The notes below the pieces were generated by a model. That model was not told the origin of the DNA and did no database searches. It worked only from the letters and a program-made list of their open reading frames with translations. The position numbers were made by a program, and so were the translations under genes. This document shows positions 1-12,482 of a stretch of 64,000 bases of DNA, in pieces. The DNA comes from Felis catus. Its lineage: Eukaryota. The stretch spans positions 52,888,001 to 52,952,000 of the forward strand of contig NC_058368.1 in the NCBI RefSeq assembly GCF_018350175.1, written 5' to 3'. Each line of letters begins with the position of its first letter. Position 1 is the stretch's first letter.

Positions 1-330
1 AAATGTTATTCATTTTTTATTTTAAATTAGAATTTCCTTTTATAAAATCCTTTGCAACAGGGGAAAAGGTTAATCTATACTCTAGGAAAGAAATATAAAA
101 TTATTGTTTATTACTAGTTTCACTGATATTATAATAATTGTAAATATAAACACAGTGAATTGGCACTATTTTTTGCATAGAGTCTTAGCATTTATTCACA
201 CATTTCCAATTCCTTTAGATTACTGACCTGACTTCTCATAACAACTCAATCAAATTACCTATGTAATTGCCATAATTTCAATAAATTTGCCTTTAATCTT
301 TTTAGCAACCCAAAGAAAAAGGGGCATATA

Positions 331-649
331 CAGTTGACACTTGAACAACATGGGTTTGAACTGTGTGGGTCCACTTATGCCACACTTTTTCCGATAAATA
401 CAATACAGTACTGTAAGCACATTCCTTTGCTTTATGATTTTTAACATTTTCTTTTCTATAGCTTACTTTATTGTAAGAATACTATATATAATACATATAG
501 CATACAAAGTATGTGTTAATTGATTATAGGCCTCCAGTCAACAATAGGTTATTAGTAATTACGTTTTGGGGGAGATGAAAATTACATACAGATTTTCGGT
601 GGCACGAGGGTCAGCGACCCTAACCCCTGCATTGTTCAGTGGTCAACTG
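331..649 (+). mobile_element. Tigger2a/MER28-like non-autonomous TcMar-Tigger DNA transposon
   Basis: Terminal inverted repeats CAGTTGACACTTGAACAA ... TTGTTCAGTGGTCAACTG, with TA on both sides. Confidence 0.85.
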
Positions 650-823
650 TAGTTCATTTTACAACTCACAAAGTTATTGTAAAACGAAGACATACTAAAT
701 TAATAAACTCAGAAATTATAGAAAAATATTTAAACATATGGAAAACATCACCCATAATCCTACTGTATAGCAGATTTAAAATATTGGCGCATTTCCTTCC
801 GGTCTTTTAAAAGACTTAACAGA

Positions 824-1045
824 GGGGTGCCTGGGTGGCTCAGTCAGTTAAACATCCAACTGCGGCTCAGGTTATGGTTTCATGGTTGATGAGTTTGAGC
901 CCCGTGTTGGGCTCTGTGCTGACAGTTCAGAGCCTGGAGCTTGCTTCAGATTCTGTGTCTCCCTCTCTCTCTGCCCTTTCCCTGCTCTCTCTTTTTCTCT
1001 CTCTCTCTCAAAAAGAAATAAACATTAAAACATTTTTTTAAATAA
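824..1045 (+). mobile_element. CAN-SINE (SINEC_Fc-like)
   Basis: GGGGTGCCTGGGTGGCTCAGT head with A/B boxes, (CT)n tract, AATAAA and A-rich tail. Confidence 0.95.
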
Positions 1046-3285
1046 ATAATTTAATAGTGACTTTTTTCTTCCTTCCTCTAGTTTTTTTATTCCTTCAGTA
1101 TTTATTGGCAGTTAAACTATTGTATAGAATAGTAAGAGACATAGATGTCTAGAACATGGTATAAAGAAACCATACAATGTGTTTCATTGGATTTTCCTCT
1201 CTCCCCTCCTCATACTTGTTGATGTTCTTAAGGGTTCTGTGTTCAACAAATATCTGTTAAGAGTAATGTAGGTGCTAGACTCTATGCTGATCTCTAGATC
1301 TAGAATGATAAAACAATGTCCCTGAATTCAAGAATCTTGAAGAACTATCAAAAGTCAAATGCTATGGCAGGTGCTTGGTCAGAATATGGTAGAGTATAGA
1401 TATAGAGGAGGTAGTGGTCAGATATTTTGATTCCAGATCATCTTCTGGTCTCAAATGATCTGAGCGATCTCATTTCTTTTCCTAACTTCAAAGCTGTTCT
1501 GTCAACATTTACTTCTCACTTGAGCCAACATTAATGTCCCCAAGTAGCGAACAAATTACAGACAATAATCTTGGTTAAAATATGCTGAGCCTAGAATTTT
1601 AGACTAGTTTTTTCCTTTTATCTTTCTCACATGACACGGTTTTACTGCAGTGCTATTTTTCTCTCCCTAATATTTATGAGACAAAGTCAACGAACAGAGG
1701 GCGATTAGAGTTATTGGGTAACAATTGTGTTCACATAAAACGTATGCAAGAAGAAAATTGGAGAGTTAGGTCTGAAGGTATTATGATTATAGAATATAAC
1801 TCCTAGCTCCCCCATGCTTAAGGCCATAGGATTTCAATGAACTCAAGCCCCAAACTCAGATGGTGGAAAAATGTAGATACTTCTTATTGATGAAATGTAC
1901 TTCTTAGGAGTTATACACAACTCTTCCCTTGACAGAATGTTTGTCACACGGTACATCATTCTTTTTCTTTCTGCCATTTTTATGAGAAGCAGGATCACAA
2001 TTTTCAGGGCACGTACAACTGTCTTGTTCACCACGTGCTCCTTGTACATCCTTTACCCAATATTCAGTGTTTGTTGACTGGAGTCCAACCCACCTACATT
2101 ATATCTGAATTCATTTAATGTGATCCAAGCCGAATTTTGGCAATGTAAGTGTAAGCATGTAACTGAAACCATTTCATTGTGAATCATTGCAATATGACTT
2201 TTTCAATCACTTGAAGACAGAGGCTGTGTGCCCTCCTCATCTCTGCATTCCTACTGACTAAAATATAAAATATTGCCTAGCATCGTGGGCACTTAATGCT
2301 CGTGAACTGAATTAAACAGAACTGCCTTTCCTTTGCAAGCTTGTAAAAAAAAATCGTCATTATCCATGTAGGCTTTTACCTCATGTAAACCATCTCTAAC
2401 TCCACACTGTTGAAGCTCCCATTGTTAGAAGAAGGCAAACCAAGTCACTATGAAATCATATCCTCAGTTTCCCATTTAAACTATCGTGTGACTTCTTCAT
2501 ATGCCTTTTTCTTACCATCAGCATAAGTCTTGTTTGCTATCATTCTTTATATTGGAGTCTGAAATCATTTATTTTAAAGGGGAATGAAATATTTACCTTG
2601 ATAAGATTATTTCTGGACATGGAGGAGTCCCTCACAGAAGAGGGAGCTAACCCCCCAAATGCAAACATAAACATCTCTCAGACTGAACTTAGCCGAAAGC
2701 CTCATTGATGAGCTTTAAGGGAATTTTAAAACTTGGCATAGTGAAATCACACCCCTGAGTTTTACAGGAATGATTGCTGCACTGTAATATGTATTGTACT
2801 TAGATACTTAGATTAAAGATCTATTTTTATTTTTATTTTGTTATCAATTATGCATCCAGAAGAGAAATTCTATTACTAATGGAAGCATTGAAATAGATAC
2901 CTAGAGGAGTGAATGGATCACTTTATTTCTTGTCAGTTTCTATATTAGGCTTCCCAAAGCCCATTTGAGTATTTATCTACTATTGTTATTGTTGTGGAGT
3001 AGTGTACCTGGGGGAAATCTGTAAGGGGAATGAATAGGCTTGAATTTTATATCAGATTCTGCCCTTTTTTGCTGTATATTTTTAGACAAGTAGCTTTATA
3101 CCTGTAACTAGTCAGTTCCACAATAGGGAAAGACCTCACTTTGATTTTTATATCATTAAGTTTTAAAGCAAAAACTATCAGGTTCTTTTAAATATGGCTA
3201 AAATTTAATCTTTGTGTAGACTACTGGGGTGGACATATCACCTTCTTTTGTAGACAAGAAAATTGACGTAGCGGTTTGCTCAGTT

Positions 3286-3427
3286 TATTTTGATAGGGAT
3301 TGCATTAAATGTATAGATCGCTTTGAGTAGATATCGACATTTTAACAATATTTGTTCTCCCAATCCATGAGCATGGAATGTTTTTCCATTTCTTTGTGTC
3401 TTTTCCCATTTCTTTCATAAGCTTTTT
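3286..3427 (-). mobile_element. Internal L1 ORF2 fragment
   Basis: Encodes [21 protein letters not shown]; aligns by eye to about 22415-22555 of the full-length L1 in this window. Confidence 0.9.
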
Positions 3428-3640
3428 GGTCAAAGTTTTAGAGCTATATAATGACAGACCTGGCATTAACAATCGGCTGTGGAACATTCGTAGTCAAGGT
3501 GCTTTTCTGTCACTTTGTAATTGAGCAACTTGAGATGTATGAACAGAGGTAATATCTAACTTGTGGTGGGAGTCAAGAGCTAATTTCTAAAGTAACATTT
3601 CAACTCTTGCAAAAGCAAATCAATGGAGGGAAGAGAATTT

Positions 3641-3829
3641 GCCGGTTCTCAAAGTGCGGTCTCTGGACCAACAGCATCACCATCACCTGGCAACTGGTAA
3701 GAAATGACAATTATCTTGCCCCACCCCAGATGCACTGAATCAGAAACTCTGGGGAGAGTAGCCCAGCAAACTGAGATTTAGTAAACCCTCCAAGTGATTC
3801 TCATGCATGGCCCTATTTGAGAAGCACTG
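3641..3829. mobile_element. MER5A-like hAT-Charlie MITE
   Basis: GGTTCTCAAAGTG...AGCATCACCATCACCTGG...TGAATCAGAAACTCTGGGG...TTTGAGAAGCACTG. Confidence 0.85.
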
Positions 3830-4385
3830 TTAGATTTAGGAAGGCATCTTAGACCCTGGGAAAGTGTGAAAGTCCTTTATAATTTCTTGTTCCCAAGCCT
3901 GTGGCAACCAGGGTAGAAGTTGGGAATGGTGGAAATTACCTCCCACCAGCTCAGACCTAGGCCAAAAGCAAGCTGGGACCTCAGGGCGCCAACAGCCACG
4001 TAGGTGCTCTGGGATCAGCACAGATCAGCCAGTCTCTGTGAGAAATCTGGGGCCAGTGGAGCTGTTCTGGTTGCACACCTGGCCCTCCCAGCTTGACTGT
4101 GGAAGCAATACTACAGTCACAGAGTGTCAGGTTTGGGTTGGGAGCTATCTGGAATCATATCTTTCTCATCTGTGTATCCTAAGGCCTAGAAAAAGGTCTG
4201 CTTTGACTAAGGTTTCCAGTAAATGTGGTGGTAAATGCATTCAGCTCATTCTAGTCTGAGCTCAGCAATGTGACCTTAAGAAATTTTGCCATACATGTTT
4301 GAGCTGTGATTACCCAAATTGTAAAGTGGGTACAATGATGATATGTGTTCTCAGAGTACTTTCGAGTTTTAAATTAGAAAATGTT

Positions 4386-4586
4386 GGGGTACCTGGGTGA
4401 TTCGGTTGAGTATCTGACTCCTAATTTTGGCTCAAGTCATGATCCCAGGGTTGTGGGATCAAGCCTCACGACAGGCTCCGCACTGAGTTCGGAGACTGCC
4501 TGGGATTCTCTCTCTCCTCCTCAGGCCCTCTCCCGCACTCGCACGTTCCTTCTGTTCTAAAACAAAAAACATAGAAATAAAAAAAA
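4386..4586 (+). mobile_element. CAN-SINE (older subfamily)
   Basis: tRNA-like head, GTCATGATCCCAGGGTTGTGGGATCAAGCC, CT tract, A tail. Confidence 0.9.
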
Positions 4587-4893
4587 GACAATGTCTTTGA
4601 GGCCACTTTCTGAGTTATAAAGAACTTTACAAATGTAAGATCTGAATGAGGAGACACCATGAGTTATATCTCAAATAGGGCCATATGGTAACATTTTTGT
4701 GGTTTGTGAAGCAGTGCCATTTGTTCATTAACATTTTTCTGTTTAATAAAGTAGTATTCTTAATTATGGCAATATTTAGAAATGTTTCCATGGGACTCAA
4801 TAAAGCTATTTTCATTTTGATTTAAAAGAAAAATGCAGCTTAATATTTTTTATATCTTAAATTGACATCATGCAGAAAGGCTCATTCAGCATA

Positions 4894-5113
4894 TTTTTTT
4901 TTTTTTTTTTTTTTACATTTATTTATTTTTGAGACAGAGAGAGACAGAGCATGAACGAGGGAGGGTCAGAGAGAGGGAGACACAGAATCTGAAACAGCTC
5001 CAGGCTCTGAGCTGTCAGCACAGAGCCCGACGCGGGGCTTGAACTCACGGGCTGCAAGATCATGACCTGAGCTGAAGTCGGCCGCTTAACCGACTGAGCC
5101 ACCCAGGCGCCCC
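4894..5113 (-). mobile_element. Young CAN-SINE (SINEC_Fc)
   Basis: Near-consensus with CpGs retained and a long poly(T); TSD TCATTCAGCATATTTTT at 4882-4898 and 5114-5130. Confidence 0.97.
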
Positions 5114-5160
5114 TCATTCAGCATATTTTTGAAACATTTGAATTGAGAATGAAGGACTCT

Positions 5161-5401
5161 TTTTTTAAGATTAATGTATTTACATATTTGTTTATTTTTA
5201 TTCAAAAGACAGTGAGAGAGCAAGCGAGTATAAGCAGGGGACAGGGGCAGAAGGAGAGAGAGAGAGAGAAAGAGAGAATCTTAAGTAGGCTCCACACTCA
5301 GTGTACAGCCTGATGTGGGACCTGAGCCCATGACCATGGGAACACCACCTGAGCTTAAATCAAGAGTCAGACGCCCAACCAAAAGAGCCACCCAGGCACC
5401 A
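5161..5401 (-). mobile_element. CAN-SINE
   Basis: Reverse-strand SINE; flanking TSD GAGAATGAAGGA(C/T)TCTTT. Confidence 0.92.
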
Positions 5402-6429
5402 GAGAATGAAGGATTCTTTTAGCTGCTGTGTGGGAGTATTTAAGACAGAGTGGTTGACATTTTGCTCATTGCTACCATGGATAGCTGACAGGTAAAAGGG
5501 GCAGATCTTCAGGAGTACTTGAATCCAGAGGAAAGGAGTGGCCAGGGAAAGATATCCAAGGAAGACAGACATCAAGAAAACACCTGAAGGGAGGATTCTA
5601 TGTTGGTATTCATAACAGAGATAGGCAACCCTTGAGTGTGCTATGAATATAATCTGAGTACATTGCCAAAAAGTAGAGTAATATGAATAACAGCCTTCTT
5701 CCTCCTCTTACTTATTAGAAACTAAGAAGATATCTCAAGCAGGAAAAAAGGAGAGAAAAACCAGTAAAGAAGCCAGAAAGTTCAAGAGTCTGAAGGGCAG
5801 GTTAAAATCAGTAACTAGGTGACAAATATGGGAAAGAAAAAGGTTGATTGGTAATTAAACTTCTTAAAGAAACAGTTTACAGGACTGCTTCTCATGGGAT
5901 TACTCACAGTCTTTATAAACATGATGCATTTCGTGGCTCTTTCAGATAGAGCTCTAGAATGTAGGGCTTTTTAGACTTACTTGACCGTGAACCTTCCCTT
6001 TTTACTGGAGCACTTTGGCAGGCTATTGTCACATAGAACACTGTGTACATGCTACACAACACCAGTGAACAGGGCACGAGACCAGAGCTTTTGTCTGGTG
6101 AGGGTGGTTCTAAAGTTTCTGAGGTTGACTTCCAAGTTCTTTTTCAGCTCTAAAATTCTGTAGATACAAATAGGCTCCCCTCATCTCTCAGTCCAGAAAA
6201 CTTGCAAATGATCAGTGAAATACTTGGAAATACATGCTTACAAAAATGTAGGAATCCATGGTATACTTTTTCCCATTTTTTTCTCAAGGTATTAAAATAA
6301 CTCTAAAGAAGAGGATGTTAAAACTGTAGCATTTGCTTGCAATGCACTTTCATATTAAAAGGAGGATATACATATAAATACAGGCCATGAATGCAAATCG
6401 CCTGTAGGAAAAAAGACCACAATCCTTAC

Positions 6430-6838
6430 GATGTCTAAGGAACCTCAGGGTTTCCTTCCAACCTTCTTTCCAGCTTTACCTTCTCCCATTTCCATGTACA
6501 CAGAGCAGACCTCACCAACATGCCTTTGTCTTTCAACCAAATGACTCTGCTTGGAGCACACTTCTCTGCCTTCTCATTGCCACTGCACTCAAAGTACTTT
6601 TCAAAATCCAGCTCTCAGGTCATTTCTCTGGAAAACCTGCACCCAACCTTCCCAATGTTGGAATCGGCTCACTTCTTCCCTATTCCACGGTGGTACCACA
6701 GACATATCTCCATTAAAGCACTTACCTTTCATTGTGAGCATTTATTAATGCACCTCTCTTTCAACCCCATATTAGAGGGTTGCACATCACTGTATCTTTG
6801 GTATATGGGAAATAGTAGATACGGATGAATAAATAAAA
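6430..6838 (+). mobile_element. L2 3' end fragment (degenerate)
   Basis: Pyrimidine-rich L2-like body ending in GATGAATAAATAAA. Confidence 0.5.
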
Positions 6839-6996
6839 TAGGGTTACCCCTTATGGAAATTTTGAGAGAGGATTTTTAAAATCCTAGATGCTTAGCCTCA
6901 TAAGAATAAAACTTATAGATTCTGGATTGAATCTTAAGAATGTGCAAAGAAACAAATAAAAAATATTTATATTTAATATTTATACTATACTCATTA

Positions 6997-7063
6997 ATAT
7001 ATATATTTGTGTGTATATACATATACATTTATATATACACATATATATGCATATATATGTGTA

Positions 7064-7115
<52 letters not shown>
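6997..7115. repeat. Compound (TA)n/(TG)n microsatellite
   Basis: Directly visible. Confidence 0.97.
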
Positions 7116-7116
<1 letters not shown>

Positions 7117-7119
7117 TGA

Positions 7120-7275
7120 GGTGACTAGTTGACTTAGTTTCTTCACCTATAAAATGGGATGATTATGAGTTTATACCCTTTTCATGGAAATATTAAGATT
7201 AATGAGTTGAAGTCTATAAAATGCATTGATATTCTCAACTAAAAGCACTTGGATAATTATAATGCATATTATTAT
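7120..7275 (+). mobile_element. MIR fragment
   Basis: Core CTTAGTTTCTTCACCTATAAAATGGGATGAT. Confidence 0.7.
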
Positions 7276-7646
7276 TAACAATAGTTATTGTTATTATTAT
7301 TATAAATTATGACACACCCGTAATAGTAGGCAAGAGTGATTTATGGAGCTATAATAATCCTTACAAGGTATCCTGAGGAGTCATAAAAGCCACAAGAGTA
7401 AAGCTTCAGTGGTTGTGATCATATGCACCTAAGATAGAATTATTACCTCATAATTCAAAATCCCTATGCCTTTTATTCTCTCTAGTTATAAACCACCCAG
7501 GGGATCAAGTTGGCTCTTCAAGCCCTAGCCCATCCAATTTAATTGGCAGACTCTAAGTCTGTGTGACTGACTGTATTATTGCTTCCTATAATCATAGAGT
7601 CTTGGAATATTCAAGTTGAGAAGGACCTCTAGAGATTCTTGAATCC

Positions 7647-7810
7647 CATGGTTTTCAAGTCTGGCTGCACATTAGACTCACCAGGGCAGCTTTAAAAATT
7701 ACCAATGCCTAAGGTGCCATTAGCCAGCCTAAAAAAGGGACTCAATAGTTGAGGCACAGCCATGAGCATTTTTTAAAGGCTACCCTGAACTCTAATGTGA
7801 GAATCCCTGA
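7647..7810. mobile_element. MER5-like hAT MITE inserted in a MIR
   Basis: GGTTTTCAAGTCTGGCTGCACATTAGACTCACCAGGGCAGCTTTAAAAATTACCAATGCC; MIR-like flanks on both sides. Confidence 0.7.
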
Positions 7811-8365
7811 TTTAGTCCAGCCCCCTGTGTAACGGATGACACACAGATCTAGCGAGATGATGAGAGTGGACCAGATTCAGATGGCTTGTTGTCAGAACCA
7901 GGTTTGGAGCTAATTCTCATGATACCCATGGCTTTCTCATTATACTAGAGATGGCAACGAGTGTTCAGCTCATGTGCCAACTCTGATTGATTAGTAGCAG
8001 CTTCCTAGAATGCTGTGAGGGGGAGCTTCCTGCAGCTGCATTTGACTTGGCAGGAAGAATGTGCTGAGTGGTAGAAATGACTGTTGTGGAGGTAGGACCC
8101 AGTGACGGTGTCAAGGGCTTGTCACCCCTGTGCACTGTGCTGCGAATTTTCAACATCTCCATCCACTTATTGTAATCCCTTTCATTCTTAGAGCTTTTCC
8201 ATTTAACGAAGTAGAAGACACAAGTACCTGTCTTTAGCGTATTGTGCTGAAATATCCAACTAAATAGTGACAGGAGAGGGCATCTAAAAGGGAGAAGCAG
8301 ATATCCCAACTTTATTTTGGACTGGTATAATCATCCTGAGTACCCATGACGAATCTTCGGTCAGC

Positions 8366-8416
<51 letters not shown>

Positions 8417-8436
8417 CATATGTATATATATATGTA

Positions 8437-8472
<36 letters not shown>

Positions 8473-8474
8473 CA
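8366..8474. repeat. (TA)n microsatellite, interrupted
   Basis: Directly visible. Confidence 0.97.
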
Positions 8475-9485
8475 CATTTCTTTCAGTTTGTGGGCTTTGA
8501 CTCATTGTTACGGTGGACTGAAATATTTCTAGTATTGATAGAAATAAATCTTGTCATAAAAACTTTGACTTAATCCCAGGAGGTTGGAAGCTTTTTAATG
8601 ACCTCCTAAACCATTCTCCATCTCCCCATGACTAAGAATATTAAAAAAACCTTCCAGTCTCTTGTGGATTGATACTTCAGTAAAACGTGATACAAATGAA
8701 GAAAAATGAAATAAAAAAACCTAAAGATATCCAAATTTAAAAAGGCAAGTCTTACTTTTTAAAACCTTTAATAAACAACAGACAATTGTTTTTCAATTGC
8801 TATGCAAGTTTCCAAATGCTTTCTCTCAGTTTTAGTTCTTATCCTATCACAGACAGGTTAGAAATAGTTCCTAGACCAGCGATGGTCTATAGATCACACT
8901 CTGAGTGGCACTTGTCTAGAGCTTGCTTTGTTTCTGCCACAGCCACAGACACGGTGATTGTCTGACCATCCTGGTGCCCTAAGTGCTGGGGGGATTCCTG
9001 GCATCTAGAACACAAAATTCATATGTGTCAATTACTGAGGTTCTATGACACGTACGGTCTATCCAAAAATCACAGACTTTTAAGAACATAAATTTAAATA
9101 TACAGTTGAAAATAAAGTTCAATGTATGCATAGTCATGTTCTTAAGATGGTTGACAATCATTATTTTACTCTTGTGCAGAGGAATACATACAACATTTGG
9201 CATTTTGACTAGAGAAGACAACTCGTTTCAGAGTCAACCAACTGGAGTGTTGAACAACTGTGATCTATAGCCTGAAATTCTTTCAGGTGACTTTGAGAAG
9301 GTTGCTTGTCCTCTGGAAAGTGAGCTGGTCTATCCCAGGGGATAGCAAACTTTTCTATAAACTTCTATATAGTCTATGTGTCTCTTTATAGAAATGTGTG
9401 GTGGTTTTGGCTCACAAATCGCAGAAAACCCCAGCTTGTCTTCTGCTGAAACTGGAAATCTGCCTCTTTTGATTCAACAGTGTTG

Positions 9486-9975
9486 CTATTAATTATCTAT
9501 TGCTATGTAACAAATTATCCCAAAATTTAGCAGTTAAAGAACAATTCATTATCTCACAGGTCTATGGGCAGAAATCCAGGTGCTATTAGCTGGGTGCCTC
9601 TCGTTCTAGTCTCTCGTGAGGTTCAGTCCAGCTGATAGCTGGAGCTGCTGTCCCATTTGAAGGTTTGACTGGTTGGGTGGGTCTACTAAGCTCGCTCACG
9701 TGGTTTTAGGCAGGCTTTGGTCTCCCACCAAGTGGACGTTCCATGAGGCTGTCTCATGACATGGCAGCTCCCCTACTGAGTGATCTGAGACAGTGACAGA
9801 AATTGAGCAAGACAGAAGCCACAGTCTTTATCACCTAATCTCAGGAGGAAGGTTCCATCACGTGTAGATGCTAGTCAATCAATCCAGCCCATACTCAAAG
9901 GGAAGGGATTATACAAGGGCTTGAGTACCAGAAGGCGGTGATCACTAGAGGTCATCTTAGAGTCTGTTTACCCTA
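9486..9975 (-). mobile_element. MaLR solo LTR (MLT1F/G/H-like)
   Basis: TATCTATTGCTATGTAACAAATTATCCCAAAATTTAGC...CCAGCCCATACTCAAAGGGAAGGGATTA; homologous to 27211-27797. Confidence 0.8.
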
Positions 9976-10334
9976 GTAGCCAAGTCATTTTTCATTAGCT
10001 CCTACAGGACACACATCTCTCAGTTATGATTTTAAATTATCCTTTGGTTTCTTCCATAGGCCTATTGTGCAGCTATTGAAATTAACACCATGATGTAATG
10101 TAAAGATAAATTTGAAAAGCACATTAGAAGTTTTATTTTGGGATAGCCCATTATTTTCCAAAACAAAGGATTTCCAAATAAAAATAAAATCTGAGGAATT
10201 ATTTCTTTATTCGGTAGGCTTAAGAGACGTTCTTGGAAAGGGTAACAAAACTGACAAATCAGACTTTGAAATTGTTTTAAAACCACCATTTAGCAGTCGA
10301 TCTTGGGATGGTTTTATATGTTTTCCTTATATGA

Positions 10335-10505
10335 TCTAATTTAATCCTCACATCAAACATCTGAGCCAGCTCAATTTGACCCCAATTTTATAGATGGGTA
10401 AATTGAGGCAGGTGCAGGCTAAGTAACTCAGCCTAAATTATACAACTAATAGGTGATGGGTCCAGGATTCAGATGTGGTGTTCCGAGCCCAGAGTCCTTA
10501 CTATC
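10335..10505 (-). mobile_element. MIR
   Basis: CCCAATTTTATAGATGGGTAAATTGAGGC core. Confidence 0.75.
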
Positions 10506-11089
10506 TTTGAGACATGAACATAATCACATAATCTTAGTGTAAATTGAAGATTGGGAATAGTCTTTATAATAGGTCAAAGTACTCACCAGTTAGAAAGTCA
10601 CAGTAGGGCCTTTATGAAACTATTTGAAGGTGGACATTGAGCCCACTGACATATGAAAAAAATACGAAATACTCACAATTTCATTATTATTTATTTGCTA
10701 CTAAATACGGAGGAAAAAAAGTGAATGCAAATTTCTGTCTCCCTTTTCAAAGGTGCGTTCCCTGGAAGGTGTCCTCTTTGTCCATGATTCTGAATCTATA
10801 ACCCTCCTATGGATCTGACTCATTGATGGCTATAGTCCCAAGAGAATTCTGTCTGTATAAAGCAAGGAGGATTCCAGTAGCTAATGTGCTCTGAGAATGC
10901 AATCTTATTTCTAGTGTTGATAAACCATTTATAGAACTATGTTATATGTGCTCTTAATCAACATTACCAGATGGTAATACTAGTGTTGAACTGCAGAAAG
11001 GAGTTACTCTAAGGTGAGCACAGATTTTAAACTATTAAAAAAGATTCTGAAGATATACTCTTAATTTTTATTATAATTTCTAAGGATTA

Positions 11090-11090
11090 T

Positions 11091-11126
<36 letters not shown>
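11090..11126. repeat. (TTTC)n microsatellite
   Basis: Directly visible. Confidence 0.9.
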
Positions 11127-11185
11127 GCTATAAAATTCTCATTCTTTGCATCAATGAATTTTCATTAAGAAAATAATCTGTGCCA

Positions 11186-11423
11186 GGGGTGTCGGGGTGA
11201 CTCAGTTGGTTGAACGGCCAACTTCAGCTCAGGTCATGATCTCAAGGCTCAGCTCATGAGTTTGAGCCCTGCGTCGGTCTCTGTGCTGACAGCTCAGAGC
11301 CTGGAGCCTGCTTCAGATTCTGTGTCTCCCTTTCTCTCTGCCCCTCCCCCACTCACGTTCCCTCTCTCCCTCAAAAAATAAATAATCATTAAAAAAATTT
11401 TAAAAATTATATCAAAAAAATAG
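11186..11423 (+). mobile_element. CAN-SINE (SINEC_Fc-like)
   Basis: Full body; flanking TSD AAGAAAATAATCTGTG. Confidence 0.95.
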
Positions 11424-11572
11424 AAGAAAATAATCTGTGTGAACTTCTGTTTGTCTAAAAAACAAGGCTCTTTTAGTTATCACGCTATAATAGGCCTAAC
11501 AATGGTTATTATTTATTTGTTACTCAGTTAAGTAAAATAATCGTAGATTATGGTTTTAAAAAATATAAGCCC

Positions 11573-11802
11573 GTTCTTAACTATAGAGAACATAATGATG
11601 TTTACCAGAGGAGAGGTAAGGGAGGGATGGGTAAAATAGGTGAGGGGGATTAAGAGTACACTAATCATGATAGGCACTGTATAATGTAAGGAAATGTTGA
11701 ATCACTATATTGTAAACCTGAAGCTAATATAACCCTGTATGTTAACTATACTGAAATTAAATTTTAAAAACTTTAAAAAATTATAAAACAAAACAAAAAA
11801 AA
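11573..11802 (+). mobile_element. 5'-truncated carnivore L1 3' UTR
   Basis: GAATCACTATATTGTAAACCTGAAGCTAATATAACCCTGTATGTTAACTATACT followed by A tail. Confidence 0.85.
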
Positions 11803-12282
11803 TGCTTAAGCCAAATAGCATATGACCTAGCAAGATAAAAACACAGAGGAGCCCTGTTGCTCATCAGTGGTCCTGCCTGTCGTGGGAGAAGCAGGGCTGC
11901 TCACCCATCAGCCTCCCTGGCCCCACTGCGCATCTGGGGGGGGGGGGGGGCGATCACAGCAGCAGCTTTGTATGTAAATGATATGGAGACATCACATAGG
12001 GACATTGGGCATAAGGTTGGTATTTCGTTAATGGTTTTTTGGTTTTTGACGTTTATTTATTTATTTAAATTGATATCCAAGTTAGTTAACATAATCATTA
12101 ACGGTTTTTAAGTGAATAACAATTAATAAAGAACAAGGCAAAAGTAATGATAGTGAGTGACTACAGGAACAGTATATTTTAATCCATGACTTTAAGGATG
12201 AATCCCAAGCTACATGCCAATATTTTCTTTTGGGCTTTTTGGCTCTATGATACAAGAAAAGATGACTGTTAAAAGATTCTCA

Positions 12283-12482
12283 GGGGCGCCTGGGTGGCTC
12301 AGTCGGCTGAGTGACTCTTGATTTCAGCTCAGGTCATGATCCCAGGGTCGTGGGATTAAACCCCGCATTGGGCTCTGTGCTGAGTGTGGAATCTGTTTAA
12401 GATTCTCTCTCTTTCTCCTTCAGTCCCTCTCCTCTGCTCATGCATGCTCTCTCTGTGTCTAAAAGAAAATTAAAAAAAAATA
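12283..12482 (+). mobile_element. CAN-SINE
   Basis: GGGGCGCCTGGGTGGCTCAGTCGG head; short TSD AAAAGATTC; a MIR follows (about 12490-12640). Confidence 0.93.

Noticed and set aside
835..5117. Recurrent short ORFs such as MAQSVKHPT... and MRGAWVAQSVKRPT... (also at 21063, 34392, 43750, 44404, 50691, 57807)
   Set aside because: They are translations of CAN-SINE bodies, not a gene family
8284..8573. ORFs rich in YIYIYI (also 19681-20105)
   Set aside because: Artefacts of (TA)n microsatellites
11935..11951. Long G homopolymer
   Set aside because: Simple repeat with no further structure
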